64,000 nt of DNA, from assembly GCF_009914755.1 (NCBI RefSeq), contig NC_060933.1; one strand, 5' to 3'. Both the position numbers and the translations under genes were made by a program. The notes under the pieces are model-generated. The model did not search any database. It saw only the letters and a program-made list of their open reading frames with translations, and was not told where the DNA came from. This stretch comes from the human T2T-CHM13v2.0 reference genome, Homo sapiens. Shown in pieces: positions 14,101 through 29,790 of the stretch. Position 1 is the stretch's first letter, and each line of letters starts with the position of its first letter.

Positions 14101-17100
14101 TCCATTCCATTCCATTCCATTCCACTCCATTCCATTGCACTCGGGTTTATTCCATTCCATTCCATTCCATTCCATTCCATTCCATTCCATTCCGGAAGAT
14201 TCCATTCCATTGCGTTCCATTCCATTCCGTTTCGTTCCGTTTCGTTCCATTCCATTCCATTCCATTCTATTCGGGTTAATTCCATTCCATTCCATTCGAC
14301 TGCAATCGAGTTGATTCCATTCCATTCCATTCCATTCCATTCCATTCCATTCCATTCCTTTCCATTCCATTACGGATGATTCCATTCCATTGCATTCCAT
14401 TCCATTCCATTCCCCTGTAGTCGGGTTGATTCCATTCCATTCCATTCCAATCCATGCCATTCCACTCGTGTTGATTCCATTCTTTCTATTCCATTCAAGT
14501 TGAATCCATTCCATTGCATTCCATTCCATTCCATTCCCCTGCAGTCGGGTTGATTCCATTCCATTCCATTCCATTCCATTCCTTTCCATTCCGTTCCGTT
14601 CCGTTCCGTTCCATTCCATTCCATTCCATTCCATTCCATTCTATTCGGGTTAATTCCATTCCATTCCATTCCATTCCATTCCATTCCAATCGAGTTGATT
14701 CCATTCCATTCCATTCCATTCCATTCCACTCCATTCCAGTCCTTTCCATTCCATTCCACTCGGGTTGATTCCAATGTATTCCTTTCCATTCCATTCCATT
14801 CCATTGCAATCGAGTTGATTCCATTGCTTTGCATTCCATTCCATTCCATTCCATTCCGGATGATTCCATTCCATTGCATTCCATTCCATTCCATTCCCCT
14901 GCACTCGGGTTGATTCCATTCCATTCCACTCCATTCCATTCCATTCCATTCCATTCCCTCATAATCGAGTTGGTTCCATTCCATTCCATTCCATTCCATT
15001 CCATTCCATTCCATTCCGCATGATTCCATTCCATTACATTGCGTTCCATTATATTCCCCTGCACTTGGGTTGATTCCATTCCATTCCATTCCATTCCATT
15101 CGATTCCATTCCATTCCAATTCTTTCCATTCCATTCTATTCCGTACCATTCCATTCCATTCCATACCATTCCATTCCATTCCATTCCATTCCATTCCGTT
15201 CCGTTCCGTTCCATTCCGTTCCATTCCATTCCATTCCATTTTACTCGGGTTAATTCCATTCCATTCCATTCCATTCCATTCTATTCCATTCCATTGCAAT
15301 CGAGTTGAATCCATTGCATTCCATTCCATTCCATTCCGAAAGATTCCATTCCACTGCATTCCATTCCATTCCATTCCCCTGCACTCGCGTTGATTCCATT
15401 CCATTCCATTCCATTCCATTCCATTCTATTCCATTCCGTTCCTTTCCATTCCATTCCATTCCGTTCCGTTCCGTTCCGTTCCATTCCATTCCATTCTATT
15501 CGGGTTAATTCCATTCCATTCCATTCGATTGCAATCCAGTTGATTCCATTCCATTCCATTCCATTCCATTCCATTCCATTCCTTTCCATTCCATTACGGA
15601 TGATTCCATTGCATTACATTACATTCCATTCCATTCCCCTGTACTCGGGTTGATTCCATTCCATTCCATTCCATTCCATTCTATTCCATTCCATTCCATT
15701 CCATTCCGGAAGATTCCATTCCATTGCATTCCATTCCATTCCATTCCCCTGCACTCGCGTTGATTCCATTCCATTCCATTCCATTCCATTCCATTTTCTT
15801 CCGTTCCATTCCATTCCATTCCATTCCATTCCATTCTGTTCCGTTCCGTTCCATTCCATTCCATTCCATTCTATTTGGGTTAATTGCATTCCATTCCATT
15901 CGATTGAAATCGTGTTGATTCCATTCCATTCCATTCCATTCCATTCCATTCCATTCCATTCCATTCCTTTCCATTCCATTACGGATGATTCCATTCCATT
16001 GCATTCCATTCCATTCCATTCCCCTGTACTCGGGTTGATTCCATTCCATTGCATTCCAATCCATGCCCTTCCACTCGTGTTGATTCCATTCTTTCCATTC
16101 CATTCAAGTTGAATCCATTCCATTGCATTCCATTCAATTCAATTCCATTCGATTGCACTTGGGTTGATTCCATTCCATTGCATTCCATTCCATTCCATTC
16201 CATTCCATTCCATTCCGTTCCATTCCATTCCATTACATTCGGATTGATTCTATTCTATTCCCTTACACTCCATTACATTCCATTCCATTCGGGTAGTTTC
16301 CATTCCATTCCATTCCATTCCTCTCCATTCCATTGCACTCAGGTTGATTCCATTCCATTGCATTCCATTCCATTCCATTCAATTCCATTCCGTTCCATTC
16401 CATTCCATTACATTCGGATTGATTCTATTCAACTCCTTTACTCTCCATTACATTCCATTCCATTCGGGTTGTTCCATTCCATTCCATTCCATTCCACTCC
16501 ATTCCATTGCACTCGGGTTTATTCCATTCCACTCCATTCCATGCCATTCCATTCCGGAAGATTCCATTCCATTGCATTCCATTCCATTCCATTCCCCTGC
16601 AGTCGCGTTGATTCCATTCCGTTCCATTCCATTCCATTCCATTCCATTCCATTCCATTCCTTTCCGTTCCATTCCATTCCATTCCATTCCATTCCATTCC
16701 GTTCCGTTCCGTTCCGTTCTGCTCGATTCTATTCCATTCCATTCTATTCGGCTTAAATCCATTCCATTCCATTCGATTGCAATCGAGTTGATTCCATTCC
16801 ATTCCATTCCATTCCTTTCCATTCCATTACGGATGATTCCATTCCATTGCATTCCATTCCATTCCATTCCCCTGTACTCGGGTTGATTCCATTCCATTCC
16901 ATTCCATTCCATGCCATTCCACTCGTGTTGATTCCATTCTTTCCATTCCATTCAAGTTGAATCCATTCCATTGCATTCCATTCCATTCCATTCCCCTGCA
17001 GTCGGCTTGATTCCATTCCATTCCATTCCATTCCATTCCATTCCGTTCCGTTCCGTTCCGTTCCATTCCATTCCATTCCATTCTATTCGGGTTAATTCCA

Positions 17101-20100
17101 TTCCATTCCATTGCATTCCATTCCAATCGAGTTGATTCCACTCCATTCCATTCCATTCCATTCCACTCCATTCCAGTCCTTTCCATTCCATTCCACTCGG
17201 GTTGATTCCAATGTATTCCTTTCCATTCCATTCCATTCCATTGCAATCGAGTTGATTCCATTGCTTTGCATTCCATTCCATTCCATTCCATTCCGGATGA
17301 TTCCATTCCATTGCATTCCATTCCATTCCATTCCATTCCATTCCATTCCATTCCATTCCATTCCATTCCGTTCCATTCCATTCCATTACATTCGGATTGA
17401 TTCTATTCAATTCCCTTACACTCCATTACATTCCATTCCATTCGGGTAGTTTCCATTCCATTCCATTCCATTCCTCTCCATTTCATTGCACTCGGGTTGA
17501 TTCCATTCCATTGCATTCCATTCCATTCCATTCAATTCCATTCCGTTCCATTCCATTCCATTACATTTGGATTGATTCTATTCAACTCCCTTACTCTCTG
17601 TTACATTCCATTCCCTTCGGGTTGTTCCATTCCATTCCATTCCATTCCACTCCATTCCATTGCACTCGGGTTTATTCCATTCCATTCCATTCAATTCCAT
17701 TCCATTCCGGAGGATTCCATTCCATTGCATTCCATTCCATTCCATTCCCCTGCACTCGCGTTGATTCCATTCCATTCCATTCCATTCCATTCCATTCCAT
17801 TCCATTCCATTCCTTTCCGTTCCATTCCATTCCATTCCATTGTATTCCAATCCATTCCATTCCGTTCCGTTCCGTTCCATTCCATTCCATTCCATTCTAT
17901 TCGGGTTAATTCCATTCCATTCCATTCGATTGCAATCGAGTTGATTCCATTCCATTCTATTCCATTCCATTCCATTCCATTCCTTTCCATTCCATTCCAT
18001 TTCGGATGATTCCATTCCATTGCATTCCATACAATTCCATTCCCCTGTACTCGGGTTGATTCCATTGCATTCCATTCCAATCCATGCCATTCCACTCGTG
18101 TTGATTCCATTCTTTCCATTCCATTCAAGTTGAATCCATTCCATTGCATTCTATTCCATTCCATTCCCCTGCAGTCGGGTTGATTCCATTCCATTCCATT
18201 CCATTCCATTCCATTCCATTCCATTCCGTTCCGTTCCGTTCCATTCCATTCCATTCCATTCTATTCGGGTTAATTCCATTCCATTCCATTCCATTCCATT
18301 CCAATCGAGTTGATTCCATTCCATTCCATTCCATTCCATTCCATTCCACTCCATTCCAGTCCTTTCCATTCCATTCCACTCGGGTTGATTCCAATGTATT
18401 CCTTTCCATTCCATTCCATTCCATTGCAATCGAGTTGATTCCATTGCTTTGCATTCCATTCCATTCCATTCCATTTCGGATGATTCCATTCCATTGCATT
18501 CCATTCCATTCCATTCCCCTGCACTCGGGTTGATTCCATTCCATTTCACTCCATTCCGTTCCATTCCATTCCATTCCATTGTATTCGGGTTAATTCCATT
18601 CCATTCCATTCCATTCCATTCCATTACAATCGAGTTGATTCCATTCCATTCCATTCCATTCCAGTCCTTTCCATTCCATTCCACTCGGGTTGATTCCATT
18701 CTATTAGTTTCCATTCCATTCCATTCCCTTCCATTCCACTCTGGTTGATACCATTCCTTTCCATTCCACTCGAATACATTCCCTCCTATTCCACTCGGAA
18801 CGATTCCATTCCATTCCATTCCATTCCATTCCATTCCATTCCATTTCGTTCCATTCCATTCTATTCCGTATCATTCCATTCCATTCCATTCCATTCCATT
18901 CCATTCCATTCCATTGTACTCAGGTTGATTCAATTCCATTGCATTCCATTCCATTCCATTCCATTCCATTCCATTCCGTTCTATTCCATTCCATTACATT
19001 CGGATTGATTCTATTCAACTCCCTTACTCTCCATTACATTCCATTCCATTCGGGTTGTTCCATTCCATTCCATTCCATTCCACTCCATTCCATTGCACTC
19101 GGGTTGATTCCATTCCATTCCATTCCATTCCATTCCATTCCATTCCATTCCGGATGATTCCATTCCATTGCATTCCGTTCCATTACATTCCCCTGCACTC
19201 GCGTTGATTCCATTCCATTCCATTCAATTCCATTCCATTACAATTCGTTCCATTCCATTCTATTCCGTACCATTCCATTCCATTCCATACCATTCCATTC
19301 CATTCCATTCCATTCCATTCCGTTCCATTCCATTCCATTCCATTCTATTCGGATTAATTCCATTTCATTCCATTCCATTCCATTCTATTCCATTCCATTG
19401 CAATCGAGTTGAATCCATTGCGTTTCATTCCATTCCATTCCATTCCATTCCATTCCAGAAGATTCCATTCCATTGCATTCCATTCCATTCCATTCCCCTG
19501 CACTCGCGTTGATTGCATTCCATTCCATTCCATTCCATTCCATTCCATTCCGTTCCGTTCCATTCCATTCCATTCCATTCCGTTCCGTTCCATTCCATTC
19601 CATTCCATTCTATTCGGGTTAATTCCATTCCATTCCATTCCATTGCAATCGAGTTGATTCCATTCCATTCTATTCCATTCCATTCCATTCCATTCCATTC
19701 CTTTCCATTCCATTACGGATGATTCCATTCCATTGCATTCCATTCCAATCCATTCCCCTGTACTCGGGTTGATTCCATTCCATTCCATTCCAATCCATCC
19801 CATTCCACTCGTGTTGATTCCATTCTTTCCATTCCATTCAAGTTGAATCCATTCCATTGCATTCCATTCCATTCCATTCCCCTGCAGTCGGGTTGATTCC
19901 ATTCCATTCCATTCCATTCCATTCCATTCCATTCCATTACAATTCGTTCCATTCCATTCTATTCCGTACCATTCCACTCCATTCCATACCATTCCATTCC
20001 ATTCCATTCCATTCCATTCCGTTCCCTTCCGTTCCATTCCATTCCATTCCATTCCATTCTATTCGGATTAATTCCATTCCATTCCATTCCATTCCATTCT

Positions 20101-23100
20101 ATTCCATTCCATTGCAATCGAGTTGATTCCATTCCATTCCATTCCATTCCATTCCATTCCATTCCATTCCATTCCGGAAGATTCCATTCCATTGCATTCC
20201 ATTCCATTCCATTCCCCTGCACTCGCGTTGATTCCATTCCATTCCATTCTATTCCATTCCATTCCCTTCCTTTCCGTTCCATTCCATTCCATTCCATTCC
20301 ATTCCATTCCATTCCGTTCCGTTCCATTCCATTCCATTCCATTCCATTCCATTCCGTTCCGTTCCATTCCATTCCATTCCATTCTATTCGGGTTAATTCC
20401 ATTCCATTTCATTCGATTGCAATCGAGTTGATTCCATTCCATTCCATTCCATTCCATTCCATTCCTTTCCATTCCATTACGGATGATTCCATTCCATTGC
20501 ATTCCATTCCATTCCATTCCCCTGTACTCGGGTTGATTCCATTACATTCCATTCCAATCCATGCCATTCCACTCGTGTTGATTCCATTCTTTCCATTCCA
20601 TTCAAATTGAATCCATTCCATTGCATTCCATTCCTTTCGATTCCATTCGATTGCACTCGGGTTGATTCCATTCCATTGCATTCCATTCCATTCCATTCCA
20701 TTCCATTCCGTTCCATTCCGTTCCATTCCATTCCATTACATTCGGATTGATTCTATTCAATTCCCTTACACTCCATTCCATTCCATTCCATTCGGGTAGT
20801 TTCCATTCCATTCCATTCCATTTCTCTCCATTCCATTGAACTCGGGTTGATTCCATTCCATTGCATTCCATTCCATTCCATTCAATTCCATTCCGTTCCA
20901 TTCCATTCCATTACATTCGGATTTATTCTATTCAACTCCCTTACTCTCCATTACATTCCATTCCATTCGGGTTGTTCCATTCCATTCCATTCCATTCCAC
21001 TCCATTCCATTGCACTCGGGTTTATTCCATTCCATTCCATTCCATTACATTCCGGAAGATTCCATTCCATTCCATTCCATTCCATTCCATTCCCCTGCAC
21101 TCGTGTTGATTCCATTCCATTCCATTCCATTCCATTCCATTCCATTCCATTCCTTTCCGTTCCATTCCATTCCATTCCATTCCATTCCAATCCATTCCAT
21201 TCCGTTCCGTTCCGTTCCATTCCATTCCATTCCATTCTATTCGGGTTAATTCCATTCCATTCCATTCGATTGCAATCGAGTTGATTCCATTCCATTCCAT
21301 TCCATTCCATTCCATTCCATTCCTTTCCATTCCATTACGGATGATTAAATTCCGTTGCATTCCATTCCATTCCATTCCCCTGTACTCGGGTTGATTCCAT
21401 TCCATTCCATTCCAATCCATGCCATTCCACTCGTGTTGATTCCATTCTTTCCATTCCATTCAAGTTGAATCCATTCCATTGCATTCCATTCCATTCCATT
21501 CCCCTGCAGTCGGGTTGTTTCCATTCCATTCCATTCCATTCCATTCCATTCCATTCCATTCCGTTCCGTTCCATTCCATTCCATTCCATTCTATTCGGAT
21601 TAATTCCATTCCATTCCATTCCATTCCATTCCATTCCATTCCAATCGAGTTGATTCCATTCCATTCCATTCCATTCCATTCCACTCCATTCCAGTCCTTT
21701 CCATTCCATTCCACTCGGGTTGATTCCAATGTATTCCTTTCCATTCCATTCCATTCCATTGCAATCGAGTTGATTCCATTGCTTTGCATTCCATTCCATT
21801 CCATTCCATTCCGGATGATTCCATTCCATTGCATTCCATTCCATTCCATTCCCCTGCACTCGGGTTGATTCCATTCGATTCCACTCCATTCCGTTCCATT
21901 CCATTCCATTGCATTGTATTCGGGTTAATTCCATTCCATTCCATTCCATTCCATTCCATTCCATTCCATTCCATTCCAATACAGTCGAAATGATTCCATT
22001 CCATTCCATTCCATTCCAGTCCTTTCCATTCCATTCCTCTCGGGTTGATTCCATTCTATTAGTTTCCATTCCATTCCATTCCCTTCCATTCCTCTCAGGT
22101 TTTTTCCATTCCTTTCCATTCCACTCGAATACATTCCCTCCTATTCCACTCAGAACGATTCCATTCCATTCCATTCCATTCCATTCCATTTCGTTCCATT
22201 CCATTCTATTCCGCATCATTCCATTCCATTCCATTCCATTCCATTCCATTCCATTCCATTCCATTGTACTCGGGTTGATTCAATTCCATTGCATTCCATT
22301 CCATTCCATTCCATTCCACTCCGTTGCATTCCATTCCATTACATTCGGATTGATTCTATTCAACTCCCTTACTCTCCATTCCATTCCATTCCATTCGGGT
22401 TGTTCCATTCCATTCCATTCCATTCCACTCCATTCCATTGCACTCGGGTTGATTCCATTCCATTCCATTACATTCCATTCCATTCCATTCCATTCCGGAT
22501 GATTCCATTCCATTGCATTCCGTTCCATTACATTCCCCTGCACTCGCGTTGATTCCATTCCATTCCATTCCATTCCATTCAATTCCATTCCATTACAATT
22601 CGTTCCATTCCATTCTATTCTGTACCATTCCATTCCATTCCATACCATTCCATTGCATTCCATTCCATTCCATTCCGTTCCATTCCGTTCCATTCCATTC
22701 CATTCCATTCTATTCGAATTAATTCCATTCAATTCCATTCCATTCCATTCTATTCCATTCCATTGCAATCGAGTTGAATCCATTGCATTTCATTCCATTC
22801 CAGTCCATTCCATTCCATTCCGGAAGATTCCATTCCATTGCATTCCATTCCATTCCATTCCCCTGCACTCGCGTTGATTCCATTCCATTCCATTCCATTC
22901 CATTCCATTCCGTTCCGTTCCATTCCATTCCATTCCATTCCATTCCATTCCGTTCCGTTCCATTCCATTCCATTCCATTCTATTCGGGTTAATTCCATTC
23001 CATTCCATTCGATTGCAATCGAGTTGATTCCATTCCATTCCATTCCATTCCATTCCATTCCATTCCATTCCTTTCCATTCCATTCCGGATGATTCCATTC

Positions 23101-26100
23101 CATTGCATTCCATACCATTCCATTCCCCTATACTCGGGTTGATTCCATTCCATTCCATTCCAATCCATGCCATTCCACTCGTGTTGATTCCATTCTTTCC
23201 ATTCCATTCAAGTTGAATCCATTCCATTGCATTCCATTCCATTCCATTCCATTCCATTGCACTCGGGTTGATTCCATTCCATTCCATTCCATTGCATTCC
23301 ATGCCATTCCATTCTGGATGATTCCATTCCATTCCATTCCATTCCATTCCATTCCATTCCATTCCCCTGCAGTCGGGTTGATTCCATTCCATTCCATTCC
23401 ATTCCATTCCATTCCGTTCCATTCCATTCCATTCCATTCTATTCGGGTTAATTCTATTCCATTCCATTCCATTCCATTCCATTCCATTCCATTCCAATCG
23501 AGTTGATTCCATTCCATTCCATTCCATTCCATTCCACTCCATTCCAGTCCTTTCCATTCCATTACACTCAGGTTGATTCCATTCTATTCCTTTCCATTCC
23601 ATTCCATTCCATTGCAATCGAGTTGATTCCATTGCTTTGCATTCCATTCCATTCCATTCCATTCCGGATGATTCCATTCCATTGCATTCCATTCCATTCC
23701 ATTCCCCTGCACTCGGGTTGATTCCATTCCATTCCACTCCATTCTGTTCCATTCCATTCCGTTCCATTGTATTCGGGTTAATTCCATTCCATTCCATTCC
23801 ATTCCATTCCATTACTCGAGTTGATTCCATTCCATTCCATTCCATTCCATTCCATTCCATTCCAGTCCTTTCCATTCCATTCCACTCGGGTTGATTCCAT
23901 TCTATTAGTTTCCATTCCATTCCATTCCCTTCCATTCCACTCTGGTTGATTCCATTCTTTTCCATTCCAGTCGAATACATTCCCTCCTATTCCACTCGGA
24001 ACGATTCCATTCCATTCCATTCCATTCCATTCCATTCCATTCGATTCCAGTTCGTTCCATTCCATTCTATTCCGTACCATTCCATTCCATTCCATTCCTT
24101 TCCATTCCATTCCTTTCCACTCGTGTTGATTCCATTCCTTTCCATTCCATTCGGTTTGAAGGCATTCCATTCCATTCAATTCCACTCCATTCCATTCAAT
24201 TCCATTCCATTCTATTCCATTCCATTGCAATCGAGTTGAATCCATTGCCTTTCATTCCATTCCATTCCATTCCATTCCATTCCGGAAGATTCCATTCCAT
24301 TCCATTCCATTCCATTCCATTCCATTCCATTCCATTCCCCTGCACTCGCGTTGATTCCATTCTATTCCATTCCATTCCATTCCGTTCCGTTCCATTCCAT
24401 TCCATTCCATTCCATTCCGTTCCGTTCCATTCCATTGCATTCCATTCTATTCGGGTTAATTCCATTCCATTCCATTCGATTGCCATCGAGTTGATTCCAT
24501 TCCATTCCATTCCATTCCATTCCATTCCATTCCATTCCATTCCTTTCCATTCCATTACGGATGACTCCATTCCATTGCTTTCCATTCCTTTCCATTCCCC
24601 TTTACTCGGGTTGATTCCATTCCATTCCATTCCACTCCATTCGGTTCCGTTGCATTCCATTCTATTGCATTCCATTCTATTCGGGTTAATTCCTTTCCAT
24701 TCTATTCCATTCCATTCCATTCCATTCCATTCCAATGGAGTTTATTCCATTCCATTCCATTCCATTCCGGATGATTCCATTCCATTGCATTCCATTCCAT
24801 TCCATTCCCCTGCTCTCGTGTTGATTCCATTCCCTTCCATTCCATTCCATTCCGTTCCATTCCATTCCATTCCATTCTATTCCGGTTAATTCCATTCCAT
24901 TCCATTCCATTCCATTCCATTCCATTCCATTCCATTGCAATCGAGTTGATTCCATTCCATTCCTTTCAATTCCATTCCATTGCCTTGCATTCCACTCGGG
25001 TTGATTCCATTCCCTTCTTTCCACTCCATTACATTCCCTTCCATTCCACTCGGAATGATTCATACCATTCCATTCCATTCCATTTCATTCCATTGCAATC
25101 CATTCCAATCCATTCCATTCCATTCCATTCCACTCGAGTTGACTTCATTCCATTCCTTTCCATTCCATTCCATTCCTTTCACTGGTGTTGATTCCATTCC
25201 ATTCCAATCCATTGCAATCCATTCCATGCCATTCCACTCGGGTTGATTCCATTCCTTTGCATTCCATTCCATTCCATTCCATTCCATTGCATTCCATTCC
25301 AATCCATTCCTTTGCATTCCATTCCATTACATTCGGATTGATTCTATTCAACTCCCTTACTGTCCATTACATTCCATTCCATTCGGGTTGTTCCATTTCA
25401 TTCCATTCCATTCCATTCCACTCCATTCCATTGCACTCGGGTTGATTCCATTCCATTCCATTCAATTCCATTCCATTCCGGATGATTCCATTCCATTGCA
25501 TTCCGTTCCATTACATTCCCCTGCACTCGGGTTGATACCATTCCATTCCATTCCATTCCATTCCATTCCATTCCATTCCATTCGATTCCATTCCGGATGA
25601 TTCCATTCCATTGCATTCCATTCCATTCCATTCTCCTGCACTCGGGTTGATTACATTCCATTTCCTTCCCTTCCATTCCTTTCCATTCCATTCCATTCCA
25701 TTCTATTCGGGTGAATTCCATTCCATTCCATTCCATTCCATTCCATTCCATTCCATTCCATTCCATTGCAATCGAGTTGATTCCATTCGATTCCATTCCT
25801 TTCCGTTCCGGATGATTCCATTCCATTCCATTCCATTCCCGTGCAGTCGGGTTGATTCCATTCCATTCCATTCTATTCCATTCTATTCCATTCCATTCCG
25901 TTCCATTCCATTCCATTCCATTCTATTCGGGTTAATTGCATTCCATTCCATTCCATTCCATTCCATTCCATTCCATTCCAATCGAGTTGATTCCATTCCA
26001 TTCCATTCCATTCAATTCCACTCCATTCCAGTCCTTTCCATTCCATTACACTCGGGTTGATTCCATTCTATTCCTTTCTATTCCATTCCATTCCATTGCA

Positions 26101-29100
26101 ATCGAGTTGATTCCATTGCTTTGCATTCCATTCCATTCCATTCCCCTGCACTCGGGTTGATTCCATTCCATTCCACTCCATTCCATTCCATTCCATGCCA
26201 TTCCATTTTATTCGGGTTAATTCCATTCCATTCCATTCCATTCCACTCCATTCCATTCCATTCCATTCCATTACAATCGAGTTGATTCCATTCCATTCCA
26301 TTCCATTCCATTCCATTAAATTCCATTCCATTCCATTCCATTCCATTGCAATCGAGTTGATTCCATTCCATTTCATTCCATTCCATTCCATTACATTCCA
26401 TTCCAATCGAGTTGATTCCATTCCATTTCATTCCATTCCATTCCATTCCATTCCATTCCATTCCAGTCCTTTCCATTCCATTCCACTCGGGTTGATTCCA
26501 TTCTATTAGTTTCCATTCCATTCCATTCTCTTCCATTCCACTCTGGGTGATTCCATTCCTTTCCATTCCACTCGAATACATTCCCTCCTATTCTACTCGG
26601 AACGATTCCATTCCATTCCATTCCATTCCATTCCATTCCATTCCATTCCATTCCATTCCATTCCATTTTGTTCCATTCCATTCTGTTCCGTATCATTCCA
26701 TTCCATTCCATTCCATTCCCTTCCATTCCATTCCATTACATTCCACTCGTGTTGATTCCATTCCTTTCCATTCCATTCGGTTTGAAGGCATTCCATTCCA
26801 TTCCATTCCATTCCATTCCATTCCATTGTACTCGGGTTGATTCTATTCCATTGCATTCCATTCCATTCCAATCCGTTGCATTCCATTCCATTACATTCGG
26901 ATTGATTCTATTCAACTCCCTTACTCTCCATTACATTCCATTCCATTCGGGTTGTTCCATTCCATTCCATTCCATTCCACTCCATTCCATTGCACTCGGG
27001 TTGATTCCATTCCATTCCATTCCATTCCATTCCATTCCGGATGATTCCATTCCATTGCATTCCGTTCCATTACATTCCCCTGCACTCGCGTTGATTCCAC
27101 TCCATTCCATTCCATTCCATTCCATTCAATTCCATTCCATTACAATTCGTTCCATTCCATTCTATTCCGTACCATTCCATTCCATTCCATACCATTCCAT
27201 TCCATTCCATTCCATTCCATTCCGTTCCGTTCCATTCCGTTCCATTCCATTCCATTCCATTCCATTCCATTGCAATCGAGTTGAATCCATTGCATTTCAT
27301 TCCATTCCATTCCATTCCATTCCATTCCGGAAGATTCCATTCCATTGCATTCCATTCCATTCCATTCCCCTGCACTCGCGTTGATTCCATTCCATTCCAT
27401 TCCATTCCATTGCATTCCGTTCTGTTCCGTTCCATTTCATTCCATTCCATTCTATTCCATTCCGTTCCCTTCCATTCCATTCCATTCCATTCTATTCGGG
27501 TTAATTCCATTCCATTCCATTCGATTGCAATCGAGTTGATTCCATTCCATTCCATTCTATTCCGTTCCGGATGATTCCATTCTATTGCATTCCATTCCAT
27601 TCCATTCCCCTGCAGTCGGGTTGATTCCATTCCATTCCATTCCGTTCCATTCCATTCCATTCCATTCTATTCGTGTTAATTCCATTCCATTCCTTTCCAT
27701 TCCATTCCATTCCATTCCAATCGAGTTGATTGCATTCCATTCCATTCCATTCCATTACACTCCATTCCAGTCCTTTCCATTCCATTACACTCGGGTTGAT
27801 TCCGTTCTATTCCTTTCCATTCCATTCCATTCCATTGCAATCTAGTTGATTCCATTGCTTTGCATTCCATTCCATTCCATTCCATTCCGGATGATTCCAT
27901 TCCATTGCATTCCATTCCATTCCATTCCCCTGCACTCGGGTTGATTGCATTCCATTCCACTCCATTCCGTTCCATTCTAGTCCATTCCATTGTATTCGGG
28001 TTAATTCCATTCCATTCCATTCCATTCCATTCCATTCCCTTACAATGTAGTTGATTCCATTCAATTCCATTCCATTCCATTCCATTCCAGTCCTTTCCAT
28101 TCCATTCCACTCGTGTTGATTCCATTCTATTAGTTTCCATTCCATTCCATTCCCTTCCATTCCAATCTGGTTGATTCCATTCCTTTCCATTCCACTCGAA
28201 TACGTTCCCTCCTATTCCACTCAGAACTATTCCATTCCATTCCATTCCATTCCATTCCATTCCATTCCATTCCAGTTCGTTCCATTCCATTCTATTCCGT
28301 ACCATTCTATTCCATTCCATTCCTTTCCATTCCATTCCTTTCCACTCGTGGTGATTCCATTCCTTTCCATTCCATTCGGTTTGAAGGCATTCCATTCCAT
28401 TCCATTCCATTCCATTCCATTCCATTCCATTCCATTCCATTGTACTCGAGTTGATTCCATTCCATTGCATTCAATTCCATTCCATTCCATTCCATTGTAC
28501 TCGAGTTGATTCCATTCCATTGCATTCCATTCTATTCCATTCCATTTCATTCCGTTGCATTCCTTTCCTTTACATTCGGATTGATTCTATTCAACTCCCT
28601 TACTCTCCATTACATTCCATTCCATTCGGGTTGTTCCATTCCATTCCATTCCATTCCACTCCATTCCATTGCACTCGGGTTGATTCCATTCCATTCCATT
28701 CCATTCCATTCCATTCCGGATGATTCCATTCCATTGCATTCCGTTCCATTACATTCCCCTGCACTCGCGTTGATTCCATTCCATTGCATTCCATTCCATT
28801 CCATTCAATTCCATTCCATTGCAATTCGTTCCACTGCATTCTATTCCGTACCATTCCATTCCATTCCATACCATTCCATTCCATTCCATTCCATTCCGTT
28901 CCGTTCTGTTCCTTTCCATTCCATTCCATTCTATTCGGATTAATTCCATTCCATTCCATTCCATTCCATTCTATTCCATTCCATTGCAATCGAGTTGAAT
29001 CCATTGCATTTCATTCCATTCCATTCCATTCCATTCCATTCCTGAAGATTCCATTCCATTGCATTCCATTCCATTCCATTCCCCTGCACTCGCGTTGATT

Positions 29101-29790
29101 CCATTCCATTCCATTCCATTCCATTCCATTCCATTCCGTTCCGTTCAATTCCATTCCATTCCATTCCATTCCATTCCATTCCATTCCGTTCCGTTCCATT
29201 CCATTCCATTCCATTCTATTCGGGTTAATTCCATTCCATTCCATTCGATTGCAATCGAGTTGATTCCATTCCATTCCATTCCATTCCAGTCCTTTCCATT
29301 CCATTCCACTCGGGTTGATTCCATTCTATTAGTTTCCATTCCATTCCATTCCCTTCCATTCCACTCTGGTTGATTCCATTCCTTTCCATTACACTCGAAT
29401 ACATTCCCTCCTATTCCACTCGGAACCATTCCATTCCATTCCATTCCATTCCATTCCATTCCATTCCATTCCATTTCATTTCGTTCCATTCCATTCTATT
29501 CCGTATCATTCCATTCCATTCCATTCCATTCCATTCCATTCCATTCCATTCCATTGTACTCCGGTTGATTCCATTCCATTGCATTGCATTCCATTCCATT
29601 CCATTCCATTCCGTTGCATTCCATTCCATTACATTCGGATTGATTCTATTCAACTCCCTTACTCTCCATTACATTCCATTCCATTCGGGTTGTTCCCTTC
29701 CATTCCATTCCATTACACTCCATTCCATTGCACTCGGGTTGATTCCATTCCATTCCATTCCATTCCATTCCATTCCGGATGATTCCATTC

